Source of the DNA: a virus
Taxonomy: Duplodnaviria; Caudoviricetes
IMG/VR virus record: IMGVR_UViG_3300036770_005357
DNA: 64,000 nt
Direction: 5' to 3' (one strand)
Made by a program: the position numbers and the translations under genes
In this document: positions 28,815 through 38,072 of the stretch, piece by piece
Position numbering within the stretch: the first letter of the stretch is position 1
Layout of the letters: each line of letters opens with the position of its first letter
Notes under the pieces: generated by a model
Databases searched by the model: none
What the model saw: the letters and a program-made list of their open reading frames with translations, nothing else
Told to the model about the DNA's origin: nothing

Positions 28815-28838
28815 CTTCATTATTATGACAGTGAAAGA

Positions 28839-29201
28839 TTAAGCAGTTACCTTATCGCTAACATCGGCATCGATTGTAACAATCTTACTAGATGCAGCAG
28901 CATCAATCTTCATAACATTAACAGTCAACCCATCCTTGAGAATAACCTCACGGGACTTAGCTTCCTCAATATGAGCGGCCGTAGGATTGCCGTGTACAAA
29001 TACAATAGTAGGACGACCCTTACCATTGTGTAGTACTCCAATATCATTAACTTCACCAGTTTCAATAGCCCTCTTCAAACGAACTCGTAGAGTAATCTCT
29101 ACAAACTCCTTGTTAGCCTCATTCAACTCCTTAATTGTAAAGATATTGGTAGGCCAAGTAATAGTTAGGTTGGTCTTGTTCTTACGATCAGTCTTCTTCA
29201 T
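28839..29201 (-). CDS. Winged-helix DNA-binding protein (putative)
   Basis: FTIKEL...EITLRVRLKRAIETGEV...GKGRP pattern; strong AAGGAG SD. Confidence 0.5.
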   Translation of the reverse strand: MKKTDRKNKTNLTITWPTNIFTIKELNEANKEFVEITLRVRLKRAIETGEVNDIGVLHNGKGRPTIVFVHGNPTAAHIEEAKSREVILKDGLTVNVMKIDAAASSKIVTIDADVSDKVTA

Positions 29202-29259
29202 TTTTATTTCTCCTTATTATTTTTGTTTATGTTTGCTGGTTTATTACACCATAAATTAT

Positions 29260-29287
29260 ATTATATCACTCTTATATTATATGTCAA
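29260..29287 (-). promoter_or_regulatory. sigma70 promoter TTGACA-N16-TATAAT
   Basis: Consensus hexamers with TGn extension; the -35 overlaps the last codons of the VWA gene. Confidence 0.75.
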
Positions 29288-31334
29288 CACTTTCCATCAT
29301 CTTTTTATTAAGAGTGTTTGTAATCTGTACAAAGCTCTCCGTATTAATGTAATTAGCATCACTGCCATACATCATGTTGAAAAGATTCTTACTATCCGGA
29401 TTCATATAGTCATAGATAAAATAACTAATAACATTGTATCCATTGTTACGAATCTTCTTCACTTGAGTCTGTGTATGTTTAGCCGCTTCAGGTCCATTAT
29501 ATGAAAACATACTACCACCATCTCCAGTATAATGAAAATACGGTTCACCGTCACTCAAGTTAACAAAATAACTATTTGTATCATTATCAACAACAGGCAA
29601 ATACTTCATAATCGCTTCGTAACACAAACCTTCAGGTGTAACACCCGTACAGTCTAAATACGGAAACAAATTACGAATCTTACTAAACTTATCAACCTTA
29701 GAATTATACGCTATCAGAATGTATGGATTACGATGTGTAGTAGTTCTAAAGCTAATAGTAAGATGTACATTATCAAGCATTGACGCTGCTTTTGCCAAAG
29801 CAACACACATACGAAGAGCACGATGCCACTTTTTACCCCTCATGCTAGAACTAGCGTCAACACTAACATGAAAATTAATCTTCTTATACTTTTCAGTAAC
29901 GGTAGTATAAAAAATGTTCTCGTCGCTAAATCCTAGTTCGTGAATCAAACGCTTATCCAGCTTTCCAGTATATCTACGAGAAAACTTATGAGTATTAACT
30001 TCATTACGAACTTGTAGACGACGACCAATCTTAGTACCAAGAATAATTCCTTCGTTAACAATATTTGTATTAATCCTAACCATTTCACCGCTAGAATCAT
30101 TTACAAACATGGGACACTCATCGGAAAAGAGTAGTTCCTTTGTCATATTCTTAACAAGAATACACTCTACAGCACCCGTCAGATTGTGACGCTTGACCAG
30201 ATCATGTGCCACATCAACAAGTTCAACCTTACTCTTTTCAAGCGTATCAAGAACATTCTTGTCACGACGAGATACCTTCTTCTTTTTAATCGTACCCTTC
30301 AAGAAATCCTTCTGTTTAGCAAAAGCCTTCTTGATTCGTTCCAACTTAGCTTTGGAAATGTTAGAGTCTTGTCCAATATTATCAACAATAGGATTATTTT
30401 CTTGAATAACTTCAGACGATTGACCGCCTAGAAGGTCGTCAATAGAAACCATAGAGGATCCAACATTATTAGTGTCATCCTTATTAGGATCAGAACCATC
30501 GCCTGATCCACTACCGGTACTAACAACCTCGCTCTCATACTTATATTCATTAATATTCTTGAAAACAATTTCAGCAATATCGAGTGCAACATTCAAACGA
30601 TCTTGAGGAGAAGTCAAACGCTTAATATTACTAAGATCAAGCTTCCTCGCAATCTCAATCAATCCAGGCAATGCCTTCAGATCCGTATTAGGATTTGTAA
30701 AATTAATAATACGAAACATATATGACTCTGCACTTGGTACCTTGTACAGATCACTCTCCAATGCTTCGGTAATAACCTTAGCATTAAAATATTTATCGTA
30801 CAACGCTTCATAATAACCTCTATAACCGGGTGCGTTAGCATGTACAGTGTAGTCAATAAAACGATCCTCAACATAATTGAAAAGATCCTTACAAAAATGA
30901 CCCACATCCTCTTTATTAATATTAAGAGGTTCTGTAATATCGTAAATGCTACGGGGAATTTTCATCCATGTAGTCTTGAACAATTCAAAATCACTGTACT
31001 TAACATGACTAGCCTCATGTAGAGCCAATCCTACAGCAACATCAAAATTATCCTTTTTATTGATATCACTGCTAAGATAAACTTGAGTACCGTCAGTACA
31101 ATTAATATTTGAATCATTAAATGATACCGGAATATTTTTGTTCGTCAGAATACTAACATAGTTAGCAATGGCACGACGAGCCGAAGACAACTTAATCAAC
31201 TGACGAGTATGTTCGCTTTGACGATCATTATCGATGATTGAATTGTCATCAGCATTCTCTTCGTCACGACGAGCATCATCAATAAAATCCCACTCGTCAT
31301 ACTCTGTTAGCCAAAAATCACTTAGGCCGCTCAT
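29277..31334 (-). CDS. HEXXH metallopeptidase-like plus VWA domain protein (CobT-like MoxR partner)
   Basis: LHEASH, EDRFID, MIDAS DASSS, TPEG, NLSDGEP. Confidence 0.85.
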   Translation of the reverse strand: MSGLSDFWLTEYDEWDFIDDARRDEENADDNSIIDNDRQSEHTRQLIKLSSARRAIANYVSILTNKNIPVSFNDSNINCTDGTQVYLSSDINKKDNFDVAVGLALHEASHVKYSDFELFKTTWMKIPRSIYDITEPLNINKEDVGHFCKDLFNYVEDRFIDYTVHANAPGYRGYYEALYDKYFNAKVITEALESDLYKVPSAESYMFRIINFTNPNTDLKALPGLIEIARKLDLSNIKRLTSPQDRLNVALDIAEIVFKNINEYKYESEVVSTGSGSGDGSDPNKDDTNNVGSSMVSIDDLLGGQSSEVIQENNPIVDNIGQDSNISKAKLERIKKAFAKQKDFLKGTIKKKKVSRRDKNVLDTLEKSKVELVDVAHDLVKRHNLTGAVECILVKNMTKELLFSDECPMFVNDSSGEMVRINTNIVNEGIILGTKIGRRLQVRNEVNTHKFSRRYTGKLDKRLIHELGFSDENIFYTTVTEKYKKINFHVSVDASSSMRGKKWHRALRMCVALAKAASMLDNVHLTISFRTTTHRNPYILIAYNSKVDKFSKIRNLFPYLDCTGVTPEGLCYEAIMKYLPVVDNDTNSYFVNLSDGEPYFHYTGDGGSMFSYNGPEAAKHTQTQVKKIRNNGYNVISYFIYDYMNPDSKNLFNMMYGSDANYINTESFVQITNTLNKKMMESVDI

Positions 31335-31359
31335 ATTATTATTAAGTTAAATGTTCTAA

Positions 31360-32349
31360 TTAGAACGGAGGTTCGAACGGAGGTTGGTCACTCTTAAGCG
31401 GGTCATTGAACAGAGTATCCTTAGTCTCGCTAGGAACATACTTCTGTACAAGCTGCTTCATGTAGGTTCGTTCACTGTCAACTCCACCGTCCTCAGTAAA
31501 ATTAGGATAGATGGTACTCTCAGCGATTTCAAGCAAATTAAATCCGTCAACAATAAGTTCAGCAATTTCAACCGTACTACGAGTAGGAATAAAATTAGTC
31601 AACTTACTATCATCTTGCTTGACTTGCTTACGAGTGTGATCGGCAATCTCACAAACAGACTTGAGTGTATGTAGCTGACTATCATCAGCAATATTGAAAC
31701 GAGTCTTAAGAAGATTAAACTCACTATCAACATCCAACGGATTCATCTCAATCTTAACCGGAAAACGGCTAAGTAGAGCACGATCCATAACACGGGTAGC
31801 CGTATACTCGTTACCAACATTAGCAGTAGCAATAAAAGTAACACCATCGGCAACCTTCACAATTTCACTGTCTTCCTTTTCATCCAAACGAAGATATCGT
31901 TGAAGATCGTCAAGCACAGTCATCAAAATGTTCACACCGTCGTGATGAGCACGGCTAATCTCGTCAAGAAGAATAATAGCACTTGGAGTACGAATAGCCT
32001 TGACAAAACTGGACTCCTTAAAAAGCGTACCAGTGCTCTTATCAAAATGAGTATTACCAATAAGTGCAGACCTAGCATCTTGCGTAGCACCCAGATTGAA
32101 ATAAAAGAAAGAGGATTCCTTACCAAGTACCTTAGCGACGGTTTGTGCAGCAAGAGTCTTACCACATCCAGTAGGCCCTAGAAGCAAAATGTTCTTGCCA
32201 CGAATAGCGGACCTAACCATGTACTTCCACTTCAAATCATCCATGATAAGAGAAGTAGGACGCAAATTAATACACTTATCAAGATAATCCTTGATATTGA
32301 AGTTTTTAGAAGTGAGAAGGTTAATGTTGTCGTTCTTGTTGTTTTTCAT
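31360..32349 (-). CDS. MoxR/CbbQ/CobS-like AAA+ ATPase
   Basis: GPTGCGKT, LLDEISR, IATAN, MDRALLSRF. Confidence 0.92.
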   Translation of the reverse strand: MKNNKNDNINLLTSKNFNIKDYLDKCINLRPTSLIMDDLKWKYMVRSAIRGKNILLLGPTGCGKTLAAQTVAKVLGKESSFFYFNLGATQDARSALIGNTHFDKSTGTLFKESSFVKAIRTPSAIILLDEISRAHHDGVNILMTVLDDLQRYLRLDEKEDSEIVKVADGVTFIATANVGNEYTATRVMDRALLSRFPVKIEMNPLDVDSEFNLLKTRFNIADDSQLHTLKSVCEIADHTRKQVKQDDSKLTNFIPTRSTVEIAELIVDGFNLLEIAESTIYPNFTEDGGVDSERTYMKQLVQKYVPSETKDTLFNDPLKSDQPPFEPPF

Positions 32350-32371
32350 ATTGTTTTAATGTTATAAGACA

Positions 32372-32399
32372 ATATTACCACAGTTTTAAAGAAAGTCAA
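32372..32399 (-). promoter_or_regulatory. sigma70 promoter TTGACT-N16-TAATAT
   Basis: Shares AAAACTGTG before the -10 with the uvsE promoter. Confidence 0.6.
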
Positions 32400-32410
32400 C
32401 TGACAAAATA

Positions 32411-32437
32411 AAAAAACCGCTGAATTTCTTCAGCGGT
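32411..32437 (-). terminator. Rho-independent terminator
   Basis: ACCGCTGAA/TTCAGCGGT 9-bp stem, 4-nt loop, U-tract on the - strand. Confidence 0.85.
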
Positions 32438-32456
32438 CCATAATACTTTGTTTTTA

Positions 32457-32807
32457 TTAACGACGACCGCGATGGTATCTATGACCTCCACTTGCACCAC
32501 CCACCCATACGGTACCTGTTACTGGAGAACGATAACAGTCAGGACGATAATAATTTACTACGGGTATTGTACAATTAGGTTGAACAACTATAGGAGCCGG
32601 GGCAGTATAAACCACTTGTTGTACAACAGGTTGAGCAATTACTACTGGTTGTGTATAAACTACAGGAACATAAACAACCGGAGGAGCATATACACGAGCA
32701 CATCCACCACCGATTCCGAAAGATATTCCCCAACTAAAGCCACCTGCTTGTACAGATGCAATAGAGAATATGCTTGTTAAAGCAGCTAGAATAATTGATT
32801 TTTTCAT
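32457..32807 (-). CDS. Secreted Pro/Val/Tyr-rich low-complexity protein
   Basis: Signal peptide MKKSIILAALTSIFSIASVQA, GGFSWGISFG, (V/P)PVVY repeats, basic C-terminus. Confidence 0.7.
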   Translation of the reverse strand: MKKSIILAALTSIFSIASVQAGGFSWGISFGIGGGCARVYAPPVVYVPVVYTQPVVIAQPVVQQVVYTAPAPIVVQPNCTIPVVNYYRPDCYRSPVTGTVWVGGASGGHRYHRGRR

Positions 32808-32856
32808 ATAGTTATTAAACTAATTTAAGTATAACAGATTACAAAATATTATCAAA

Positions 32857-33225
32857 TTATTTATTTGCTAAAGTAGATTGTGTTTTTACACCCGACTCTA
32901 GTTTATGTATTGAAAAATCTTTTTGATGATTATAATAAGATATCGCAATAAAAACGGCTACGCCTACTATGATTGTACAACTAGTAGTTATCCAAGTTCT
33001 AAAATGTTCTAGTTTAGAAACTCTATCATAAAGACCTTTAAATTTTTCGTGAATACCAGGTTTTGCTTCACTAACATTTTCAACATAACCAATAAAATCT
33101 TTTATTTTTATTACATTTTGATCGGTTTTATCTACTGTAAGTTTTATATGTTCAACATCTTTTTTGATACTGTTTAGTGTAACATAAAAATTTGTTAAAT
33201 CCGAAGAAGACAATAAATCGCTCAT
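32857..33225 (-). CDS. Coiled-coil protein with C-terminal TM helix (possible lysis accessory)
   Basis: Heptad helix, RVSKLE, then TM WITTSCTIIVGVAVFIAISYY. Confidence 0.5.
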   Translation of the reverse strand: MSDLLSSSDLTNFYVTLNSIKKDVEHIKLTVDKTDQNVIKIKDFIGYVENVSEAKPGIHEKFKGLYDRVSKLEHFRTWITTSCTIIVGVAVFIAISYYNHQKDFSIHKLESGVKTQSTLANK

Positions 33226-33240
33226 TTTTTATCCTATAAC

Positions 33241-33870
33241 TTATTTTTTCTTAGTCTTACCGCCTTTTGTATATTTAACTACTAGCTTTTGTAAATTTTT
33301 TGGTAGTGTTGGTGGAGTATAATCTGGCTTCTTTGATTTATAATCTACTTGTCTTTCAAACTTACCAACTTCTCGCATTGGTTGTGTTGGATCATCAACC
33401 TCTTTATTCATTGGTTCGGCTTTTATTTGCTTAGAAGGTTTATTGTCCTTTTCAGGATCTACCATACTTTCATCAGATAACTTATCACCTTTCTTACCAC
33501 CTTCTTTATCCTTACTATTCTCAACATTTCTACTATATGTACTATCTACATAATTTAGTTCATTTTCATCTAAATAATCCTTAACGAACTTCTTTACATC
33601 TTCGTACTTTACATATAGTTTCTTTACTCTATCGGTACCGTCTTTAAATGCTTGTATATCGTAAATATTATGAGTTATCGGTCTAATGCTGATATGATGT
33701 GGCTCACACTCACATACATTATAGTTACCCTTATCATCTAATACTACCGGCTTCTTTATCTCCTTCGCTAACTCCTCCATCATATCAGCAAAAGATTCCG
33801 ATGCGTTCGTGTATTTTTGTTCAAGCGTTTCTTTAACTAGCTTATTTACGGTTTTTTTGGAATAGCTCAT
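33241..33870 (-). CDS. Hypothetical late protein, charged and low-complexity
   Basis: 209-aa ORF with TATTTATA motif at 33887-33880. Confidence 0.65.
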   Translation of the reverse strand: MSYSKKTVNKLVKETLEQKYTNASESFADMMEELAKEIKKPVVLDDKGNYNVCECEPHHISIRPITHNIYDIQAFKDGTDRVKKLYVKYEDVKKFVKDYLDENELNYVDSTYSRNVENSKDKEGGKKGDKLSDESMVDPEKDNKPSKQIKAEPMNKEVDDPTQPMREVGKFERQVDYKSKKPDYTPPTLPKNLQKLVVKYTKGGKTKKK

Positions 33871-33908
33871 ATCTCTATATATAAATAGTATCTGTTATAT
33901 AATTATTA

Positions 33909-34466
33909 TTATTTTTTAATTTCTTCTAATACATGTATATGTCCAATATAACCGTAATTTTCGTTTCTTATAGCAGTTACCTTTACATTATAAATATTAC
34001 CTTCTCTATCTACTACTCTATGTTCACTGATACTACTTCTTTTATCTCTTATAGCTTTATCCCATTCTTTTTCAACATGTTCTAAATCTTCACCATGTAC
34101 TCCATTTTTCCATCCATTACCCAAGAAATATTCAACATCGTGTTTCAATAATTGACAATATTTCTCATTTACCCATGTACAACTACCACTCGTATTACAT
34201 TCAAATATAGGTTCGGGTCTATTATCCAATATCCACTTTTGTCTACAACATATGGTATTTATTGCATCTGAATCTTTGTTCACCTGAGTTTGTATAGCGG
34301 TAACTCTATCTTTTAAAGACTTACCACCATTAGGTTTAACTTCTTCAAGAATATCTTTAATATTCTTATTTAGATTATTAACCCACTTAAATACTACAAA
34401 TAAAAATCCACCAACAGTTACCAATGCTATTATAGTTTGAAGAATGGAAAAAATAAGGTTCATCAT
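33909..34466 (-). CDS. Membrane-anchored PAS-domain protein without output domain
   Basis: N-terminal TM, coiled coil with KPNGGKSLKD, PAS pattern PIFECNTSGSCTWVNEKYCQLL...FLGNGW...VHGED...R..DREG. Confidence 0.8.
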   Translation of the reverse strand: MMNLIFSILQTIIALVTVGGFLFVVFKWVNNLNKNIKDILEEVKPNGGKSLKDRVTAIQTQVNKDSDAINTICCRQKWILDNRPEPIFECNTSGSCTWVNEKYCQLLKHDVEYFLGNGWKNGVHGEDLEHVEKEWDKAIRDKRSSISEHRVVDREGNIYNVKVTAIRNENYGYIGHIHVLEEIKK

Positions 34467-34486
34467 ATTATAAAAATAATTGTTTA

Positions 34487-34500
34487 TATAAATATAAATA
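34487..34500 (-). promoter_or_regulatory. Tandem TATTTATA putative late-promoter motifs
   Basis: Two overlapping copies, 34487-34494 and 34493-34500, upstream of the ATG at 34466. Confidence 0.5.
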
Positions 34501-34526
34501 AAAAAGCACTTAACTTAATAAGTGCT
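34500..34526 (-). terminator. Rho-independent terminator after nrdJ
   Basis: AGCACTTA/TAAGTGCT stem, 6-nt loop, U-tract. Confidence 0.7.
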
Positions 34527-34547
34527 CTTTTTTAAATGTTTTTTATA

Positions 34548-36524
34548 TTATCTAACTGGACATACACCACTTTCACATTCAATGCCTTGTAGAAGTTCTC
34601 CACTTGTATTGATAGTAAGGTTACTGAGTGGTTTAACCTTCTCTTTAGCCTTCAAATAAGCATCTTTATCTATTTCTTGATAAGGAGCTTGCTTAAAGCC
34701 GTGTTTCTGTCTTAACAAGAAACTTACACTCTTGACATTATTCTTATAATTATCTTTCAACCAACCCTTAAGCTCATTCAACTCAGATGGTTCATAATAA
34801 GCCGTAACACTTACAGCATTATCACTCCATACCTTTTGAAGTTCCTTAACCATGTTCAATTGTTTAATAACACCCATATCATCCGCTAAGATTGCACCTT
34901 CCGGAGTTTCACATGGAAAATAAACAACAACTGTATCATGATTTTCCGTACCATCAAAATTCAACAAGAATTCGGTGTGGTATCCCAAATCTTTACAAAT
35001 TTGTACGAGCTTGTCACTACTGCTCATACGAACTGTTCGCATATAATACTTACTGTAAGCAGGATGTACACCTGGAGTAGCTCCTCCAAGCAAACTCAAT
35101 GTACCACTTGGCTTAACTGTGGTCAACTTAATGCTTTCCGGCCATCCTCGTTCCTTACTCCAGCTCTTATCAAACTTACGAAGTTCAACATAACACTTAT
35201 CTAACCAAGGAACTTTATCAAGTGATTGACAAATACCAGTAACACCCAACCCGAGTCTCATGTTCTTATGAACAATCTTATTGGTTTCTTCGTGAATAAA
35301 TGGAAGTGCTGCAATAGCCTTTTGAGTCTTATAAAGCAACTTAGCACAATCATTTAATTCGTCTTGTGACTCAATATTATTTAAATAAAGTTCACAAAGA
35401 TTACAACATTCATAATCACTCAAACTAATTTCACCACACGGATTTGTTCCAATAACATTATCAACATCTGTTGGATACAACTTACTATCCTTAAGAGGAC
35501 CATCCTTCAATCGTCCATACTTTTGACTGAGTGGTAAATTGAAGAATCCATATGGTTCACCATTAGCAAAACCGGTTTCTTTATTAATCTCATAACCATT
35601 AGTCCAAAACTCATCAATCAAATGACTATAATCGTCAACATAAAGAGTATTGTTGCTCATGGCTCTCCAGTTAGGTACATTACCAGCACTCCAATTCTTA
35701 GCTCTTATATAAAGAATATCATCAGGATCACCCAAAGCAATTTCAGCACTTCTACGAACATTACCAGCAACAACAATGCTACCAATAATATTACAAATAT
35801 CAAGTACATCAATACTTCTAAGCTTCTTAGCTTCTCTGCTTTGGAAGATTTTTGTAATCTTCTCAATACCATCAACTAAGATAGATGGACCACTTGCTTT
35901 ACCACCAAATCCACTAATCTTTTCACCGGCACCACGAACAAGAATTGTGCTATATGTAAAACTTTTACCGGTAACATAAAAAGCATCAAGTACATTAGCC
36001 AACAACTTGACCCATCCTTCTCTTGTATCAGGTACAATAAAATCAGCATCCTTGGTTGGTTGATGTGTAACATTTACATCTTTCTTGATTCTAGGAAGTT
36101 CGTGTACATCTTCACGACGAACGCTGTATCCAACACCTCCACCCAACATCAAATTCTCAAATAAAAACAAAAATGCTTTGGGTTCTCTAATACTTGTAAA
36201 CCAACAATTTAGAAGACTGTTTGCACCGAATCTATCAACTGTGCTAGTGCCTAATTGCCAAAGCATTCTTCCGGCAAAATTACACTTCAAGTTAAAGACA
36301 TAATCAAAAAGTCTTTCAGCTTCTTCTTTAGTATATTGGGCACCAATCTTTTGCGCACCGTTTATACACCTTTCAATGGTTTCATGCCATTCTTCGGTAT
36401 TACCATCATCTTTCAATCTAGCATATGTTCTTTTATATACTATATAGCCCAATCCATTAAAACCCCAATTGGGTTGTTTCTTTGCATACTTCTTGACAAA
36501 ATCTTTACTTAAAATATCACTCAT
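34548..36524 (-). CDS. nrdJ: Class II (adenosylcobalamin-dependent) ribonucleotide reductase, monomeric RTPR type
   Basis: LNCW, GGGVG, VVAGNVRRSA, TNPCGEI, CNL, TTVKPSGT, C-terminal CESGVCP; no ATP-cone. Confidence 0.92.
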   Translation of the reverse strand: MSDILSKDFVKKYAKKQPNWGFNGLGYIVYKRTYARLKDDGNTEEWHETIERCINGAQKIGAQYTKEEAERLFDYVFNLKCNFAGRMLWQLGTSTVDRFGANSLLNCWFTSIREPKAFLFLFENLMLGGGVGYSVRREDVHELPRIKKDVNVTHQPTKDADFIVPDTREGWVKLLANVLDAFYVTGKSFTYSTILVRGAGEKISGFGGKASGPSILVDGIEKITKIFQSREAKKLRSIDVLDICNIIGSIVVAGNVRRSAEIALGDPDDILYIRAKNWSAGNVPNWRAMSNNTLYVDDYSHLIDEFWTNGYEINKETGFANGEPYGFFNLPLSQKYGRLKDGPLKDSKLYPTDVDNVIGTNPCGEISLSDYECCNLCELYLNNIESQDELNDCAKLLYKTQKAIAALPFIHEETNKIVHKNMRLGLGVTGICQSLDKVPWLDKCYVELRKFDKSWSKERGWPESIKLTTVKPSGTLSLLGGATPGVHPAYSKYYMRTVRMSSSDKLVQICKDLGYHTEFLLNFDGTENHDTVVVYFPCETPEGAILADDMGVIKQLNMVKELQKVWSDNAVSVTAYYEPSELNELKGWLKDNYKNNVKSVSFLLRQKHGFKQAPYQEIDKDAYLKAKEKVKPLSNLTINTSGELLQGIECESGVCPVR

Positions 36525-36588
36525 AATAAGAACCTTTCTGTAGGTAGAAAATAACTATCAATTTAAAAAATAAAATTTTATTTGCATC

Positions 36589-36635
36589 AAAAACTTTTAA
36601 AAACTTTTTTATAACTTTTTATAAATTTTATAACT
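36589..36635. repeat. Helically phased AACTTTT-type repeats
   Basis: AACT(TTT) cores with C at 36594, 36604, 36615 and 36634, and a variant AAATTTT at 36623-36629; spacing 9-11 nt. Confidence 0.55.
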
Positions 36636-36640
36636 ATGAA

Positions 36641-38026
36641 TTACTCATCGTCTTCATCAACATTGTGAGCATTCCACTTGTTCTTGAGAACTTTCTTTAC
36701 TTGATTCTCACCGTCCATCATTTCATTCAATACAGCAAGACCTTCACGACTGTTCTCAGCAAAAATTTCAATTTGACCACAACCAGCATTCATCTTACTC
36801 GGGAATGTCAAACCATCTGGTCCGAAACGATTCTTAATAACATGAAAACGAGCAGTATGACTTTGTTTATCTTGAACCTTACGACTCAAACTCATAACAA
36901 AGTCAGCAGTCATAATCTTACGATAACTGTCAGCAATATTATTCGCCTGAATAATATCTTCATCCATGGCAGCTCTATTTGATTGTGAAGCACTCCAAAT
37001 AGGAACTTGTAATTCACCGGCGACACCACGAAGTTCTTCATAAATACCACCAGCTTCGCTATAACTGTTACTATTTCGTTCACTCTGTGATGGACGAAGA
37101 ATATCGGCGTAATCAACAATAATCATATCCACTTTTGTACCAAGTAATGCTAATCGTTCACAATGTGCCTTGAGACTATAGGCACTAACAGTCTTAATTG
37201 GGAAATACTTAATAACAAGTTTACCAGGCACTTCTGTAATCTTCTGTTTTACAATATCAATATTGTTCCTAATATTTTGGAAATCAATACCTGTAAAACA
37301 ACTGTCGTATCTCAATCCAACATAATTTTCATTCAACTCAAGTGTAAAATGTACAACATTCTTACCTTGTCTCATAGCTTCAGCGCCAAGCTTACAGAGT
37401 ACCCAGCTCTTACCACTACCGGCACAAGCTGTAATAATGCCAAGTTCGCCAGGTCCAAGTCCACCGTCCATAATTGTATCAATTTCTGTCCAATTGGTTT
37501 TGATGCAATTACGGCTCATCACGCTCATTCGTTTTTCAATTTCTTCACCATAGTCATGTCCAATATTGCGTTCCATACCCGCCTTTAAAGCATGGTCAAC
37601 AACATTCTTAATCTTTTCATACTGACCCGTAGCAAGCAAATCGGCACTTTCAAAGATTGCATTCTTCAACTTTTGATTCTTACAAAATTCAAGAAACTGT
37701 TCCTTAACAAACTTAAGATCGTTATCATTTACCTTTTGATAAACAAGTTTAAGATTATCTACGATAGATTTCTTTAACACTTCATTATCTACAGTATCAA
37801 TCTTAATTTTAAATACGGTAAGAGTAGGAATATCTTTGTATTCGTTATAATAATTCAAACTCTCCTTAAGGATCCACTTATGTGCATCACTCTCAAAAAA
37901 CTCAGCTTCTACAATGTCGTGAATTCGTTCAATAAAAGAACGATCTGACAATAGACACGAAATGCACTTAATCTGGAAGTCCAGACCATATTTTTTTAAA
38001 TTATCAATAATTTGTTTGTTCTCCAT
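36641..38026 (-). CDS. DnaB-like replicative helicase (T4 gp41 type)
   Basis: ACAGSGKS, HFTLEL, IIVDYADIL, SASQSNR, ADSYRK..TAD, KNRFG. Confidence 0.93.
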   Translation of the reverse strand: MENKQIIDNLKKYGLDFQIKCISCLLSDRSFIERIHDIVEAEFFESDAHKWILKESLNYYNEYKDIPTLTVFKIKIDTVDNEVLKKSIVDNLKLVYQKVNDNDLKFVKEQFLEFCKNQKLKNAIFESADLLATGQYEKIKNVVDHALKAGMERNIGHDYGEEIEKRMSVMSRNCIKTNWTEIDTIMDGGLGPGELGIITACAGSGKSWVLCKLGAEAMRQGKNVVHFTLELNENYVGLRYDSCFTGIDFQNIRNNIDIVKQKITEVPGKLVIKYFPIKTVSAYSLKAHCERLALLGTKVDMIIVDYADILRPSQSERNSNSYSEAGGIYEELRGVAGELQVPIWSASQSNRAAMDEDIIQANNIADSYRKIMTADFVMSLSRKVQDKQSHTARFHVIKNRFGPDGLTFPSKMNAGCGQIEIFAENSREGLAVLNEMMDGENQVKKVLKNKWNAHNVDEDDE

Positions 38027-38032
38027 AAAAAT

Positions 38033-38060
38033 AGTATACCTGCGTAATTAAGTTTTACAA
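38033..38060 (-). promoter_or_regulatory. sigma70 promoter TTGTAA-N16-TATACT, leaderless geometry
   Basis: -10 lies 6 nt before the helicase ATG at 38026. Confidence 0.55.
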
Positions 38061-38072
38061 CTTGTTATATGC

